A stretch of DNA of 63,057 nt, counting the filler, from an uncultured bacterium (lineage in GTDB: Bacteria; CAYJOG01), in NCBI GenBank assembly GCA_964371695.1. It is 26 parts of 26 records of this genome, joined end to end, with 100 filler letters (N's around TTAATTAATTAA, not from the genome) between each part and the next. Parts side by side here need not be neighbours in the genome. Positions count along the whole stretch, not along the records: positions 39,568 to 41,847 come from CAYJOG010000530.1; positions 41,948 to 44,219 come from CAYJOG010000531.1; positions 44,320 to 46,591 come from CAYJOG010000532.1; positions 46,692 to 48,958 come from CAYJOG010000533.1; positions 49,059 to 51,320 come from CAYJOG010000534.1; 21 more parts are not named here. One strand, 5' to 3'. The first letter of the stretch is position 1; every line of letters starts with the position of its first letter. The translations under genes and the position numbers were made by a program. Under the pieces are notes generated by a model. That model did no database searches. It was not told the DNA's origin and was given only the letters and a program-made list of their open reading frames with translations. Positions 40,195-50,467 of this stretch are shown here, piece after piece.

Positions 40195-40313
40195 GGGGCG
40201 AAGTTTAACCACAAACAGACCTTTAAAAAGCCAAAAAATCACAGTGCCGAATTGCCGCTAAAAACACACCTTTCCTTTTAACCTTTCCCCGCTTTTGCCA
40301 TACTGAGGGGTGC

Positions 40314-40973
40314 ATGAGCAGCCAGCGCAAGCCCTTTCCCAAAATAACCATCGTGCGGCTGTCCGGTTATTACCGCGCCCTTGAAGACGCCGCCGTGGGG
40401 GGCATGGAATCCATCAACAGCCAGGAACTGGGCCACCGCCTGCGGGTCAAGGCCAGCCAGGTGCGCAAAGACCTCACCTATTTTGGCGAGTTCGGCAAGC
40501 GGGGCATGGGTTACAACGTGAACTTCCTCATGCGCCAGCTCAAAGACATTCTGGGCATCAACCGCGAATGGAACCTGGTGGTGGTGGGCGCGGGCAAGGT
40601 GGGTCAGGCGCTGCTGGGATACGAAGGTTTCCGCCAGCGGGGGTTTCACATCAAGGCCATTTTTGACAGCGACCCCACCAAAGCCGGCCAGACCATCGGC
40701 CACCTCACCGTGCTCCCCCTGGAACAACTTGAAGAGGTAATCGCCCGCGAAGAAGTGGAACTGGGCGTGATTGCCGTGCCCGCCAAAGCGGCACAGGAAG
40801 TGGCCGACCTGCTGGTGAAAAGCGGCGTGAAGGGCATCATGAATTTCGCCAGTACGCCCCTGAGCCTGCCCGCACGGGTGAAATCCGCCGGTGTGGACCT
40901 CACCACCACACTGGAGTTTTTATGCCACCAGATCACCAACGACTCTTTTGGAGATGAGCTTGAAACGGGCTGA
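40314..40973 (+). CDS. rex: redox-sensing transcriptional repressor Rex
   Basis: RLSGYYR, QVRKDLTYFGEFGKRGMGY, VVGAGKVG, GIMNFA. Confidence 0.96.
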   Translation: MSSQRKPFPKITIVRLSGYYRALEDAAVGGMESINSQELGHRLRVKASQVRKDLTYFGEFGKRGMGYNVNFLMRQLKDILGINREWNLVVVGAGKVGQALLGYEGFRQRGFHIKAIFDSDPTKAGQTIGHLTVLPLEQLEEVIAREEVELGVIAVPAKAAQEVADLLVKSGVKGIMNFASTPLSLPARVKSAGVDLTTTLEFLCHQITNDSFGDELETG

Positions 40974-41847
40974 ACACCACTGGCTCTCCAAAACGGGTGT
41001 GGTGTTTCTTGCATTGGGAGCAGGACTTCTGTTTCAGGCCTGCGACCAGTTCAAGCCACCCAAGGCAAAACCCAAACCATTGCGATCCGTCATCGCCGCC
41101 AGCAACGCCCTGGATGAAAAACGCAAAAGCCTGGGATTTGAAGACGCCCCCAGCCAAACCTGCGGTCAGTGCCACGGTGAAAAATACGCCACGTGGGCTG
41201 CTTCCAAGCACCACAACACCATCATGGATGCCAAAAAACATCCGCCCAAGGGCGATTTCTCCCGCTCCTATTTCTGCGACGGCAAAGAGGTGGTGAAGGT
41301 GTTTGCGGGCAACCACAAGGAGCGTTATGTGCTGGCCCACCCCAAAGGCGAACAACACTTCACCGTGTCGCCCTGCGAATGGGACCTGGTGAACACCTGC
41401 ATGAAAACCGGCGATCTGGGCAAGCCCCCCAACTGGATCAAGGACTGCGCCGGTTGCCACACCTCGCGGGTCAACCCCAAATCGGGCAAACGGCTGGAAG
41501 ACGGCGTAGCCTGCGTGATGTGTCACGGCCCCAAAAGCTGGCACAAGACCAAAAAAATGGCCGTGTTCTCACCCCGCCGCAAAAAGGAAACTCCCCGTCA
41601 GTCGGTGGAAATCTGCGGCCAGTGCCATGTGCAGGGGGGTCGCTCGCCGGACAAAACCACCCAATACGCTCAGGGCTATTACCCCTTCATGAACAGCCTG
41701 AGCGGAAGTTATCGGGTGCCCTTTGAGCACATCCGCGAACACGGCACGGGCGACCCCGCCAAACGCCAGAGCTACGATCACATCCTTTATGCCTTTCAAA
41801 GCGTGGTGGACGGCAAAAGCGCCACCACCAGCGTGAACTGCCACCAG
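40954..41847 (+). CDS. multiheme c-type cytochrome lipoprotein, 3'-truncated
   Basis: Lipobox LFQAC; four CxxCH motifs (CGQCH, CAGCH, CVMCH, CGQCH). Confidence 0.88.
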
Positions 41848-41946
41848 NNNNNNNNNNNNNNNNNNNNNNNNNNNNNNNNNNNNNNNNNNNNTTAATTAAT
41901 TAANNNNNNNNNNNNNNNNNNNNNNNNNNNNNNNNNNNNNNNNNNN

Positions 41947-42140
41947 NGCGGCCCGGCGCGGCGCAGGCAAAGCCCGCTTGCGCCGCGAACACCTCCGGCG
42001 CTGATTGCGCCTCGGTGTTCGGGGCGAATTCATCCATGAATTCATACCAATTCTCATCACCCCGTCTGACTTCGTTACACCCTTTTCCCAACCGACCTGT
42101 CAATCAGGCTTAATGCTATCTTGGTTAAGAATTGGCATCA
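41947..42140 (+). repeat. repeat family A (partial), including the 99-bp TIR module 42042-42140
   Basis: Colinear with 60319-60511 and with the 54281-54639 copy. Confidence 0.9.
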
Positions 42141-44219
42141 CCCCCGGTGGCGTGTCAGACACGCCCGATACGCAATGGCCTGCTGCTCGGCCTCGCCTTT
42201 TTCGCCCAGCAGCAGGGCCACGCCCGCCGCGTTGTCATAGGCCAGGCAATAGGCCGGTTCCAGCGCGGTGGCGGCCTTGAGGGCGACAAGGGCCTCTGGC
42301 AGTTTGCCGGTGCGTTTCAGCGCCACACCCAGGTTGTTGAGCGTGCTGGCGGTGCCCCGTCCCTGACGGGCCGCCAGACTCAGCCAGCGCACGGCGGCGC
42401 GGTGGCGTGCGGGTGCGTCTTCAATCCACGCCTCGCCAAGGGGCGTGAGCAGCAGCACACCCGCCCGCTTGGCGGCATAGGGATGGGTGAGTCCCAGAAA
42501 AGAAGCTTGGGCGAGTGTGTCGTAGTCGGCGTCCCTGTCTCCGGTGAAGGTGCGGCGCTCCACCGTGGCCACGCCCAGCGCCATCGCCAGCAAACCAATG
42601 GCCAGCGCTAAATGCGGCACGGCGTGAAGCAGGAAAAAGGTGGTATTGGTTTTTTGCTGAAACCCCTCGCCCTCAAGGGGAGAGGGGGTGGCGTGAGCAA
42701 GGCGAGAAGGGGGTGCGGGGGACGTGGCGGGTGGCGGGGTGGGTGCCCTTTCCGGCCCAGCGGCGGTGTCCCCGTCCATGGCTGTCTGCCTTTCAGGAGT
42801 AGCGGTGGTGTCCCCACCGCCGTGATCGGCAAAAACCACCAACACCGCCAGCAGGGCCAGGGGCGCGAGGTGAAACGGGAAGTCCACCAGCGCCAGCACC
42901 CCCAGGGCCAGCAGCAGGGGTTCGCGGCCCTTCAATTTTGGCCAACGCAAAATCAGCAGCCACAGCAGCAGCATCAGGCCCGGCAGGCCCCAGTCGTGGG
43001 CGATGGCCAAAGGCTCAGTGTGAGGGGTCAGCGCCACGCCCACCGCGTGGGGTTGCAGGCGCGGATGCCGGGCGATGACCCTGGGGCTGATGAGCAGGTT
43101 GGTGGCGGGGAACTGGCCGGGGCCGTGTCCCAGCAGGGGCTGGTCCAGTACCAGATAGGCCGCGTTTGCGGCCATCCAGGCTCGCTCACGCTGGCTGCGG
43201 CTCTCTTGCAGCGCCTCGCCCCGGCCAAAATACACCACCGCCCCCACCAGGGCCGCGCCCCCCAGCACCAGCAACATCCCCCGCCACACCACCGGCAACC
43301 GCCACAGCATCACCCCCATGGCCCCCGCCCCCAGGCTCAGCCACGCCGCCTTGCTCTGTTGGGCGGGCAACTGGCTCACCAGCAGCAGCGCCAGAGCCAG
43401 CGCCAGGGGGCGTTGGGTTTGGTTTAGAAAGGTGAGAATGGCGTTCTTTTGCTTTTGGTTAACCCTCGGCGCTGCCGCGCCGCTGGGCGCGCCCGGTAGC
43501 CCCAACGGGCTACCGCTTGCCCAAGAACCCCTCCCGCGCCCATTACCCCAACCCTCTCCCCAGTGGGGGAGAGGGGGCAAGGGTGGCGCTTTTTCATCCT
43601 TCGGCGCTTCGCGCCACCCTCTCCCCAGAGGGGAGAGGGAACGATGGGGGCTTTTTGAGAAAAAGCTGGCAGCTATGGGCAAGTTGCCTGCCCTGCCGGT
43701 TTCCATGGCCAGCATCAACGCCCCCACGGCCCCCAGGGCCATGAGGTGAGCGGTGGCGTTGGCCTGTTGCAGCAGACCATCCAGCGCCATCGTGGCGCTG
43801 AGGCCCCACTGGCCCCCTACCACGCGGGCGCCCAGGGCGGCTGCCAGTCCCAGCCCGGCCACGCCCCAGGCCAGGGTGCGCACCGGAAGGGGTCGCTCCC
43901 ACACCAGCAGCGCCAGTCCTCCCAGTGTGGCGAGCCAGAAGGTTTCATAAAAACCATACCAGGGGGCCAGACCATGCACCGCCCGCCACAACGCCAGGGC
44001 GAGAAACACCAACAGCAGCCAGGGGGCCATGGCATTTGTGCTTGAGGAAGGAAGCCTCCATTTTTCCACCGCCTTCATGGCCAACCCCAGACTCACCAGC
44101 AGGGCCAGGGCCACCCGGCGTGTCACTTCGTGATCCAGAAACAGACCATGGGGCAACATCAGCAGCAACAGGCAGGCCCCAAGCCAAATCACAGGTTGTG
44201 TGATTACGCGGCGCAATAC
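42138..44219 (-). CDS. O-antigen ligase / O-oligosaccharyltransferase-like (Wzy_C) protein with TPR tail, probably 5'-truncated
   Basis: QANATAH, SKAAW, ER.W...A......PLLGHGPGQF, PHTEPL....WGLPG, LVDFPFH; two non-homologous low-complexity insertions. Confidence 0.85.
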   Translation of the reverse strand, partial: VLRRVITQPVIWLGACLLLLMLPHGLFLDHEVTRRVALALLVSLGLAMKAVEKWRLPSSSTNAMAPWLLLVFLALALWRAVHGLAPWYGFYETFWLATLGGLALLVWERPLPVRTLAWGVAGLGLAAALGARVVGGQWGLSATMALDGLLQQANATAHLMALGAVGALMLAMETGRAGNLPIAASFFSKSPHRSLSPLGRGWREAPKDEKAPPLPPLPHWGEGWGNGRGRGSWASGSPLGLPGAPSGAAAPRVNQKQKNAILTFLNQTQRPLALALALLLVSQLPAQQSKAAWLSLGAGAMGVMLWRLPVVWRGMLLVLGGAALVGAVVYFGRGEALQESRSQRERAWMAANAAYLVLDQPLLGHGPGQFPATNLLISPRVIARHPRLQPHAVGVALTPHTEPLAIAHDWGLPGLMLLLWLLILRWPKLKGREPLLLALGVLALVDFPFHLAPLALLAVLVVFADHGGGDTTATPERQTAMDGDTAAGPERAPTPPPATSPAPPSRLAHATPSPLEGEGFQQKTNTTFFLLHAVPHLALAIGLLAMALGVATVERRTFTGDRDADYDTLAQASFLGLTHPYAAKRAGVLLLTPLGEAWIEDAPARHRAAVRWLSLAARQGRGTASTLNNLGVALKRTGKLPEALVALKAATALEPAYCLAYDNAAGVALLLGEKGEAEQQAIAYRACLTRHRG

Positions 44220-44319
44220 NNNNNNNNNNNNNNNNNNNNNNNNNNNNNNNNNNNNNNNNNNNNTTAATTAATTAANNNNNNNNNNNNNNNNNNNNNNNNN
44301 NNNNNNNNNNNNNNNNNNN

Positions 44320-44405
44320 TGCAGGCCCCCCGCGCCGCCAAACCGCACTTTCAGGTTCTGGACGGAAAGCAAGGTATTTTCATTTTGTTTACGCACGGTG
44401 GTCAT
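44320..44405 (-). CDS. ABC transporter ATP-binding protein, N-terminal fragment
   Basis: MTTVRKQNENTLLSVQNLKVRF, typical of OppD/DppD N-termini. Confidence 0.55.
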
Positions 44406-44682
44406 GGCTGGGTCACGCGGTAAAAAGAACCTGTCCTGCTTTTGGTTTCTGGTCCGCCGGTTTCATCCGTGAAACCTTGCGGACAACGCCGCACGCCCCG
44501 GCCCAACCCAAACAGGCGTGTGTTAATCAGGGCCTTTTGCTCCGAAGCCCCATTTGGGACGAGCACCGTCCGCCTTGGGGCGGCGGCGGGAACGGCCATC
44601 CATGGCCTTTGGCGAAGGATGCCGCCAAACGGCGGACAGGCATGAATTTCAGAAAATTGCTCTGGCGGCGTGGAACTCACGC

Positions 44683-44928
44683 TCAGAACAATAACGAAAA
44701 CACCGCGCCGCCGGCAAATGACCAGATGAGGAACGACACGGAGAGTTTGCGGGTGATGCGGTCGAGGGTGTCTTCCATGCCCTCGATGCGGGCGGTGGCC
44801 TGCATGGGGCCCCCCATGATGCCGCCGCTGCCTTCGTCTTTGGTGGTGCGCAGCAACATGCAGCCCACCAGCCCGGCGCACACGCCAAGGTGGATCACGA
44901 TGTAAGCATAAACCAGTGCAACCTTCAT
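44683..44928 (-). CDS. secG: preprotein translocase subunit SecG
   Basis: 81 aa; two TM helices around a Gly-rich linker (LLRTTKDEGSGGIMGG); G.E..LDRIT. Confidence 0.8.
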   Translation of the reverse strand: MKVALVYAYIVIHLGVCAGLVGCMLLRTTKDEGSGGIMGGPMQATARIEGMEDTLDRITRKLSVSFLIWSFAGGAVFSLLF

Positions 44929-45052
44929 AAGGGATGCACCATAACGGCCCAAAAACCTCAAGGCAAGTGCGATGCCCACCTCTTGATTTTTGCTTTTTTT
45001 GTCTTGGGCCCGTGTTAGTCTACGCCAGCCCTGAGTGGGGGGAAATCTTCGG

Positions 45053-45080
45053 TTGACGCCGAAGACAAGTTCCTTAGAAT
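45053..45080 (+). promoter_or_regulatory. putative sigma-70 promoter for nuoEF
   Basis: TTGACG-N16-TAGAAT. Confidence 0.55.
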
Positions 45081-45117
45081 CGGGGCGCTTTTTGAAGCGG
45101 CACACACGAGCCTTCCC

Positions 45118-45582
45118 ATGCTGAGCACCGAAACCAGGCAAAAAATCATTGAGGAACAAAAGAAGTTTCCTCACCCCCGTTCGGTGATCCTGCCTGCGCT
45201 GTGGTTTGCGCAGCAGGAAAAGGGCTGGCTGAGCGGCGAAACCTGTCAGGAAATTGCCGAAATCACGGGCCAACACTTGGCGGACGTGCTCTCGGTGCTC
45301 ACGTTTTACACCATGTACAACCGCCAGCCGGTGGGGCAATACCATTTTCAGGTTTGCCGCACCCTCAGTTGCTGGCTGGTGGGTTCCGATGACGTCACCC
45401 GCCAGCTTTGCCAGAAGTTCGGCATCCAGCCGGGGGAAACCTCTGCCGACGGACGTTATACCGTGACGGAAGTGGAGTGCCTGGGGTCCTGCGGTTCGGC
45501 ACCCATGTTTCAGCTCAACGACGATTTTCACGAAAACCTGACCCCTGAGAAAGTGGACGAAATCATCAAAAGCCTGCCATGA
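45118..45582 (+). CDS. nuoE: NADH-quinone oxidoreductase subunit E
   Basis: TFYTMY, CRTLSC, ECLGSCGSAP [2Fe-2S] ligands. Confidence 0.95.
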   Translation: MLSTETRQKIIEEQKKFPHPRSVILPALWFAQQEKGWLSGETCQEIAEITGQHLADVLSVLTFYTMYNRQPVGQYHFQVCRTLSCWLVGSDDVTRQLCQKFGIQPGETSADGRYTVTEVECLGSCGSAPMFQLNDDFHENLTPEKVDEIIKSLP

Positions 45583-46591
45583 GCCGCATGTTAGCCCCCC
45601 TTTATCACCTCAATGTTTTCCACTTCATGGGAAAGCCGGACATGGACGTGCTGGAAAACTATGAAAAAGAAGGCGGCTTCAAGGCGCTGAAAAAAGTGCT
45701 GGGACAGAGTGAGTGGACACCCGAAAAGGTGATTGACGAAGTGAAAGCCAGTGGCCTGGGGGGCCGGGGCGGGGCAGGGTTCCCCACAGGCATGAAGTGG
45801 AGCTTCATTCCCAAAGACAGCCCCAAACCGAAATATCTGGTGAACAACGCCGACGAATCCGAGCCGGGCACCTTCAAGGATCGCCCCATTCTCGAAAACT
45901 GCCCGTTCCAGACCATCGAGGGCATGATTCTGGCGGCCTACGCCATTGGCGCGCACTGGACCTGCATTTACATCCGGGGCGAATACGTGTTCGCCGCCCA
46001 GCAGGTGCAAAAGGCGCTGGACCAGTGTTACGCCAAGGGCCTGCTGGGCAAAAACATCCTGGGCAGCGGTTTTGACTGCGACATGGTGGTTTATCGCGGC
46101 GCGGGGGCCTATGTGTGTGGCGAAGAAACGGGCCTGCTCTCCAGCCTGGAGGGCAAGCGGGGTTATCCCAAACTCAAGCCGCCGTTCCCCGCCACCCACG
46201 GGCTTTATGGCTGCCCCACGGTGGTGAACAACGTGGAGACCCTGGCGGCGGTGCCTTACATCATTAATGAAGGCGCGGCGGCCTATCGCCAGTTCGGCGA
46301 CGAAAAAAGCCCCGGCACCAAGCTGTTTTCGGTGAGCGGCCACATCGCCCGGCCCGGCGTGTATGAAGTCAACATGGGGCAGAACTTCAAGGAGTTTCTC
46401 TACGAAATCTGCGGCGGCATTCCCGGTGGGCGCAAGCTCAAGGGTGTGATCCCCGGCGGCAGTTCCGTGCCCGTGCTGCTGCCCCACGAAATCGACATCC
46501 CCATGACCTACGAAGGTTTCAATTCCGTGGGCACCTTTCTGGGTTCGGGTGGCGTGATTGTGATGGACGACCGCGTGGACATGGTGAAAGC
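45579..46591 (+). CDS. nuoF: NADH-quinone oxidoreductase subunit F, 3'-truncated
   Basis: GRGGAGFPTGMKW, NADESEPGTFKDR, GAGAYVCGEET, NNVET. Confidence 0.97.
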
Positions 46592-46762
46592 NNNNNNNNN
46601 NNNNNNNNNNNNNNNNNNNNNNNNNNNNNNNNNNNTTAATTAATTAANNNNNNNNNNNNNNNNNNNNNNNNNNNNNNNNNNNNNNNNNNNNCCTCTCCCT
46701 CAGGGAGAGGGCAAGGTTTGGCCCCGCCCGCTGTCTACGTCAAACATGAATTTGCTTTAGCC

Positions 46763-47812
46763 TCATCGATACAAACCCTCGCGCTGCATCTGGCGGAACC
46801 GCGCCACGTTGCGCTGGTGCTCGGCGGTGGTCTGTGCAAAGGCGTGGCGGCCAGAGGGGTCCACCACCACCATATAAAGCCAGGGGTGGCTGGCAGGCCG
46901 GGCGGCGGCGCGGATGGCGGCCAGACCGGGGCTGGCGATGGGGCCGGGAGGCAGACCGGGAAACCGGTAAGTGTTGTAGGGGCTGTTGATTTCAAGATCG
47001 CTGTATAACACGCGGGTTTTGTGCTGGGGCAGGGCGTATTGCACCGTGGCGTCGCATTGCAGCAACATGCCCCGCTTCAGGCGGTTTTCATAGAGGCCCG
47101 CCACCACGGGGCGTTCCTCGGCCACGCGGGCTTCGCGCTCCACAATCGAGGCCAGCGTGAGTAGCCGGTGGCGGTCTTTGGCCCCGGTGATGGCCGACAG
47201 CACGTCGTCTTTTTCCCACCGGCGGAAAAGCTCCCCCGTCATGTGCTCAATCACTGCTTCTTCGTCCATGCCGGTTTTGAAAAAATAGGTGTCGGGATAG
47301 AGATAACCCTCCAGCGAAGGGGCGGGCAGGGTGCGCAGATTGGTGTCGGTGAGTTGCGCGGGGTGGCGCGCCAGTTCCAGAAAACGGGCCGGGTCGCCAA
47401 TGATGCCGTTTGCGGCCAGCCGGTGGGCGATCTGGGCCAGGGTGAAGCCTTCGGGAATGGTGACGGGGGTGCGGTCTGGTTCGCCGGGGCTTTGCAGGTT
47501 TTTGAGGATGTCGCGGGGGGTCATGCCCGGCCTGAGGGGGTGGCGGCCATGGTGAATGGGGCCGGTGCTGTTTTCCCACCGGGCCAGCAGGGGCAGGGCG
47601 CGGGGGTGAAACAGCCAGCCTTTCTGATACAACGTCTCGCTCACCTGGGCGAGCGTGGCGCCCTGGGGCACCTCCAGGGTAAAAGCGCTCAGGCCGGTCA
47701 CGGGTTCGTCCAGGGACTGTTTGAATTGCCACACCCACAGGCCGCCTGCACCAGCCGTCACCAGCAGCGCCAGAATCGCCGCCAGGAGTCCCCGCAGAAG
47801 CCCCTTTTTCAC
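46763..47812 (-). CDS. mltG: endolytic transglycosylase MltG (YceG)
   Basis: TIPEG, LEGYLYPDTY, LASIVERE, LQCDATV, SPYNTY..PGLPPGPIASPG. Confidence 0.95.
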   Translation of the reverse strand: MKKGLLRGLLAAILALLVTAGAGGLWVWQFKQSLDEPVTGLSAFTLEVPQGATLAQVSETLYQKGWLFHPRALPLLARWENSTGPIHHGRHPLRPGMTPRDILKNLQSPGEPDRTPVTIPEGFTLAQIAHRLAANGIIGDPARFLELARHPAQLTDTNLRTLPAPSLEGYLYPDTYFFKTGMDEEAVIEHMTGELFRRWEKDDVLSAITGAKDRHRLLTLASIVEREARVAEERPVVAGLYENRLKRGMLLQCDATVQYALPQHKTRVLYSDLEINSPYNTYRFPGLPPGPIASPGLAAIRAAARPASHPWLYMVVVDPSGRHAFAQTTAEHQRNVARFRQMQREGLYR

Positions 47813-47848
47813 CGGCGGGAGTTTAACAGGATAGGGCGGAACCCTTCG

Positions 47849-48958
47849 TCAGTTTTTAGCCAGGGGCTTGTCGTCTTCCTTGACGGACAACACGCCGGGC
47901 ACGGTGAGCAGGGCGGTTTTGAGCGGCGCGAAATGCTGGCGGTTGGGCAGGTCGATGGTGATGCGGAAACCGGCGTGGCCCAGGCCGTCGGAGCGGCCCT
48001 TGATATCCAGCACATTGATGTGCTGGCTGCCCACCTCTTGCAGCACCGAGCCCAACATGCCGATGCGGTCTTCGATGGACACCAGAATGATCACCGGCGT
48101 GGCGGTTTTGGCGTCTTCGGCCCAGGTGGCTCCCAGAAAGTGATCGGTCTTGAAATCCTTGCCAGAGATGTAACGGCAGGTCTGGCTGTGTACCATCAGG
48201 CCCCGTTTGCCGCTGATGTAGGCCACGATAGGGTGCCCCGGCATGGGTTTGCAGCAGGCGGCCATGCGATAGGGCAGGCCCGGCTGGCCCTCGATGAGCA
48301 CCGGGTCGGTGGAGGCGGCGGCGCGGCTTGTGGCGGCGGGTTGTGCGGCCTGGGTGGCGGGGGTGGGGGGGGCGAGTTCCTGCTTCAGGGCGCGCAGCAC
48401 GGTTTCTGGGGCCGCGCCGTGGTTGCCCACCAGTTCATAAAGCTCATCCATGTTGGTGGCCCCGAACTTGCGCAGCAGGGGCGGGGGCATTTCCTTGAGG
48501 TGCGCCAGGGGCAGACCCATTTTTCGGGCTTCGTCCTTGAGCGCGGTCAGGCCGTTTTCGCGGTGGATCAGACGGGCGTCCTTGCGCAAAAAGGCCCGCA
48601 CCTTGGCGCGGGTGCTGGGCAGTTTGATGAAATCCAGCCAGTCCCGTTTGGGGCCGGGGCTGCGGCGGTCGGTGAGAATTTCGATGATGTCGCCCGTGTT
48701 CAGCGTGTGGTTGAGCGGCACAATGCGGCCGTTCACCTTGGCCCCCACGGCCTGATGGCCCACCTCGGTGTGAATGCGATAGGCGAAGTCCAGCACCGAG
48801 GCCCCCAGGCCCAGGGTGATCACGTCGTTCTTGGGCGTGAACACCATCACCTCGTCGGTCACCCACTCGCTCTTGAGCACGTCCAGAAACTGGGCGCTGG
48901 TCTGGCCTTCTGGCTTTTGGGTGTAGTCGAACACCTGACGCAGCAGGGAATATTGCCG
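47849..48958 (-). CDS. RelA/SpoT family protein, C-terminal TGS-ZFD-ACT part
   Basis: VFTPK...LDFAYRIHTEVG...GAKVNG, MAACCKPMPG, EDRIGML. Confidence 0.93.
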   Translation of the reverse strand, partial: RQYSLLRQVFDYTQKPEGQTSAQFLDVLKSEWVTDEVMVFTPKNDVITLGLGASVLDFAYRIHTEVGHQAVGAKVNGRIVPLNHTLNTGDIIEILTDRRSPGPKRDWLDFIKLPSTRAKVRAFLRKDARLIHRENGLTALKDEARKMGLPLAHLKEMPPPLLRKFGATNMDELYELVGNHGAAPETVLRALKQELAPPTPATQAAQPAATSRAAASTDPVLIEGQPGLPYRMAACCKPMPGHPIVAYISGKRGLMVHSQTCRYISGKDFKTDHFLGATWAEDAKTATPVIILVSIEDRIGMLGSVLQEVGSQHINVLDIKGRSDGLGHAGFRITIDLPNRQHFAPLKTALLTVPGVLSVKEDDKPLAKN

Positions 48959-49268
48959 NNNNNNNNNNNNNNNNNNNNNNNNNNNNNNNNNNNNNNNNNN
49001 NNTTAATTAATTAANNNNNNNNNNNNNNNNNNNNNNNNNNNNNNNNNNNNNNNNNNNNCCGTAAAAGATGAAAACCCTTGACTTTCTTGTGGTCTGTGCG
49101 CGGTGAGGACACCGCGCCTACTCCAGAAAATGGGCAGGAAATCAGGGGTTTTTGCCTTAAGTTAACGCCAATGGTGTCCTCGCCTGTGGTCCCGCCTGCC
49201 TTTTTATATGAACGCAGGCAAGATGCCTGCGCCACCAAAAATAAAAAGGCTATGTGGGATAATGGCCC

Positions 49269-49913
49269 ATGCTCACAAAACAGGATGCCCTGGCGGTGTG
49301 GCAGCAGGTGCATGACTTCACCACACAAAGCCTGCCGCTCATTGACCTCAGCAAGCTTCAGCCGTTGTATAACATTTTTCCCACCACCCTGTGCGCCTGC
49401 GATGACCTGGGCAAGTGCTGCCGCTCCAACCTGCTTTTTCTCTCCAGTTATGAGTGGCACAACGTCGTGCTTTATGTCCAGGAACATTTCAACGACATGG
49501 ACAAGGCCGAGCTGGTTCACCAGTGGACAAACTATGAAGGCCGGTTTGTGCAGGAGCGCAATGGCCGGTGGGTGCTGCCCTGCTCCATGCTCGATCGCCA
49601 GAGCCACACCTGCCGGGCGCATCCGGCGCGGCCCATGCCCTGCCGGGCCTATGGGGGCATCGAGGGCTCCTGCGTGGAGTGCAAGCGGGAGCACAGCGTG
49701 CCGTTCGGCTTCTTCTCTGAAAAGGTGAAGGCCATGGAAGACTTCAGCGCCAAGATGCAGCTCACCGACGGCTCCAAGGTGCCCATCAGCCTGCCTCTGG
49801 AAATCTGGATGCGCGTGGCCACCCAGGGGCTGCCTGCGGCCATGGGCGAGTTCTACGCCTCGAAATGGTTTGAAGAAACCCGCAAGGGCATCTCACCCTT
49901 TGGCGCGGTGTAA
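49269..49913 (+). CDS. YkgJ-like Cys-cluster (zinc/iron-chelating) protein
   Basis: CACDDLGKCC ... CSMLD....CRAHPARPMPCRAY. Confidence 0.8.
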   Translation: MLTKQDALAVWQQVHDFTTQSLPLIDLSKLQPLYNIFPTTLCACDDLGKCCRSNLLFLSSYEWHNVVLYVQEHFNDMDKAELVHQWTNYEGRFVQERNGRWVLPCSMLDRQSHTCRAHPARPMPCRAYGGIEGSCVECKREHSVPFGFFSEKVKAMEDFSAKMQLTDGSKVPISLPLEIWMRVATQGLPAAMGEFYASKWFEETRKGISPFGAV

Positions 49914-49926
49914 AACGCCCCAAAAC

Positions 49927-49956
49927 AAGAAAAGCGCCCTTGGGCGCTTTTCTTTT
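49927..49956. terminator. bidirectional intrinsic terminator
   Basis: aagaaaagcgccc-tt-gggcgcttttctt between convergent genes. Confidence 0.8.
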
Positions 49957-49994
49957 CTGCATTTGAGCCGGGGGGGGCGCCCCGGTCGCCTGCT

Positions 49995-50315
49995 TCAGGC
50001 TGCGAGGGGTCCGGGGGCCACCAGACCAAACACCGCCAGTTTGTTTACCACGTAACGCACCACGTCCTCCAGCATCCGTTCGGTTTCTTCGATGTAAGAA
50101 ACCATATAGGACTTGGCGGGACGGGCTTTGAGTTCTTCCAGATGTCGCTGGGCCATGCGGCACAGCTCAAAAAAGCGGGGGGTTTCGGCGGAAAACTGTC
50201 GGGCGCTTGAGGCATCCACCATGCCGTTGTCGAAACCGATCAGCCAGAAATCCAGGTCATCCAGAGCGTCCTGAACTTTTTTGAGATCTTCGATGACGAG
50301 GGTATTGGGGGTCAT
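49995..50315 (-). CDS. hypothetical helical protein
   Basis: GGAGGA SD before ATG 50315; 106 aa. Confidence 0.7.
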   Translation of the reverse strand: MTPNTLVIEDLKKVQDALDDLDFWLIGFDNGMVDASSARQFSAETPRFFELCRMAQRHLEELKARPAKSYMVSYIEETERMLEDVVRYVVNKLAVFGLVAPGPLAA

Positions 50316-50467
50316 TTTTTTTCCTCCGGTGCTGGCCTTGAAGATTGTTTCGGTGGAATCAAAAAAACCTTGAGCCGGATTTTGAGGATTTGGCCCAAAC
50401 CGCCGTTTTGGGAGGATTTTTTGTGCCAACCATCACCGAACCGCCCCCGGATGGTTAAAATCCCCAG

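Noticed and set aside
40195-40313. Rex operator between yajQ and rex
   Set aside because: No TTGTGAA-N4-TTCACAA-like palindrome is visible
41827-41847. SVNCH as a non-canonical heme-binding motif
   Set aside because: One base (AGC versus TGC) from CxxCH and within 20 nt of the contig end
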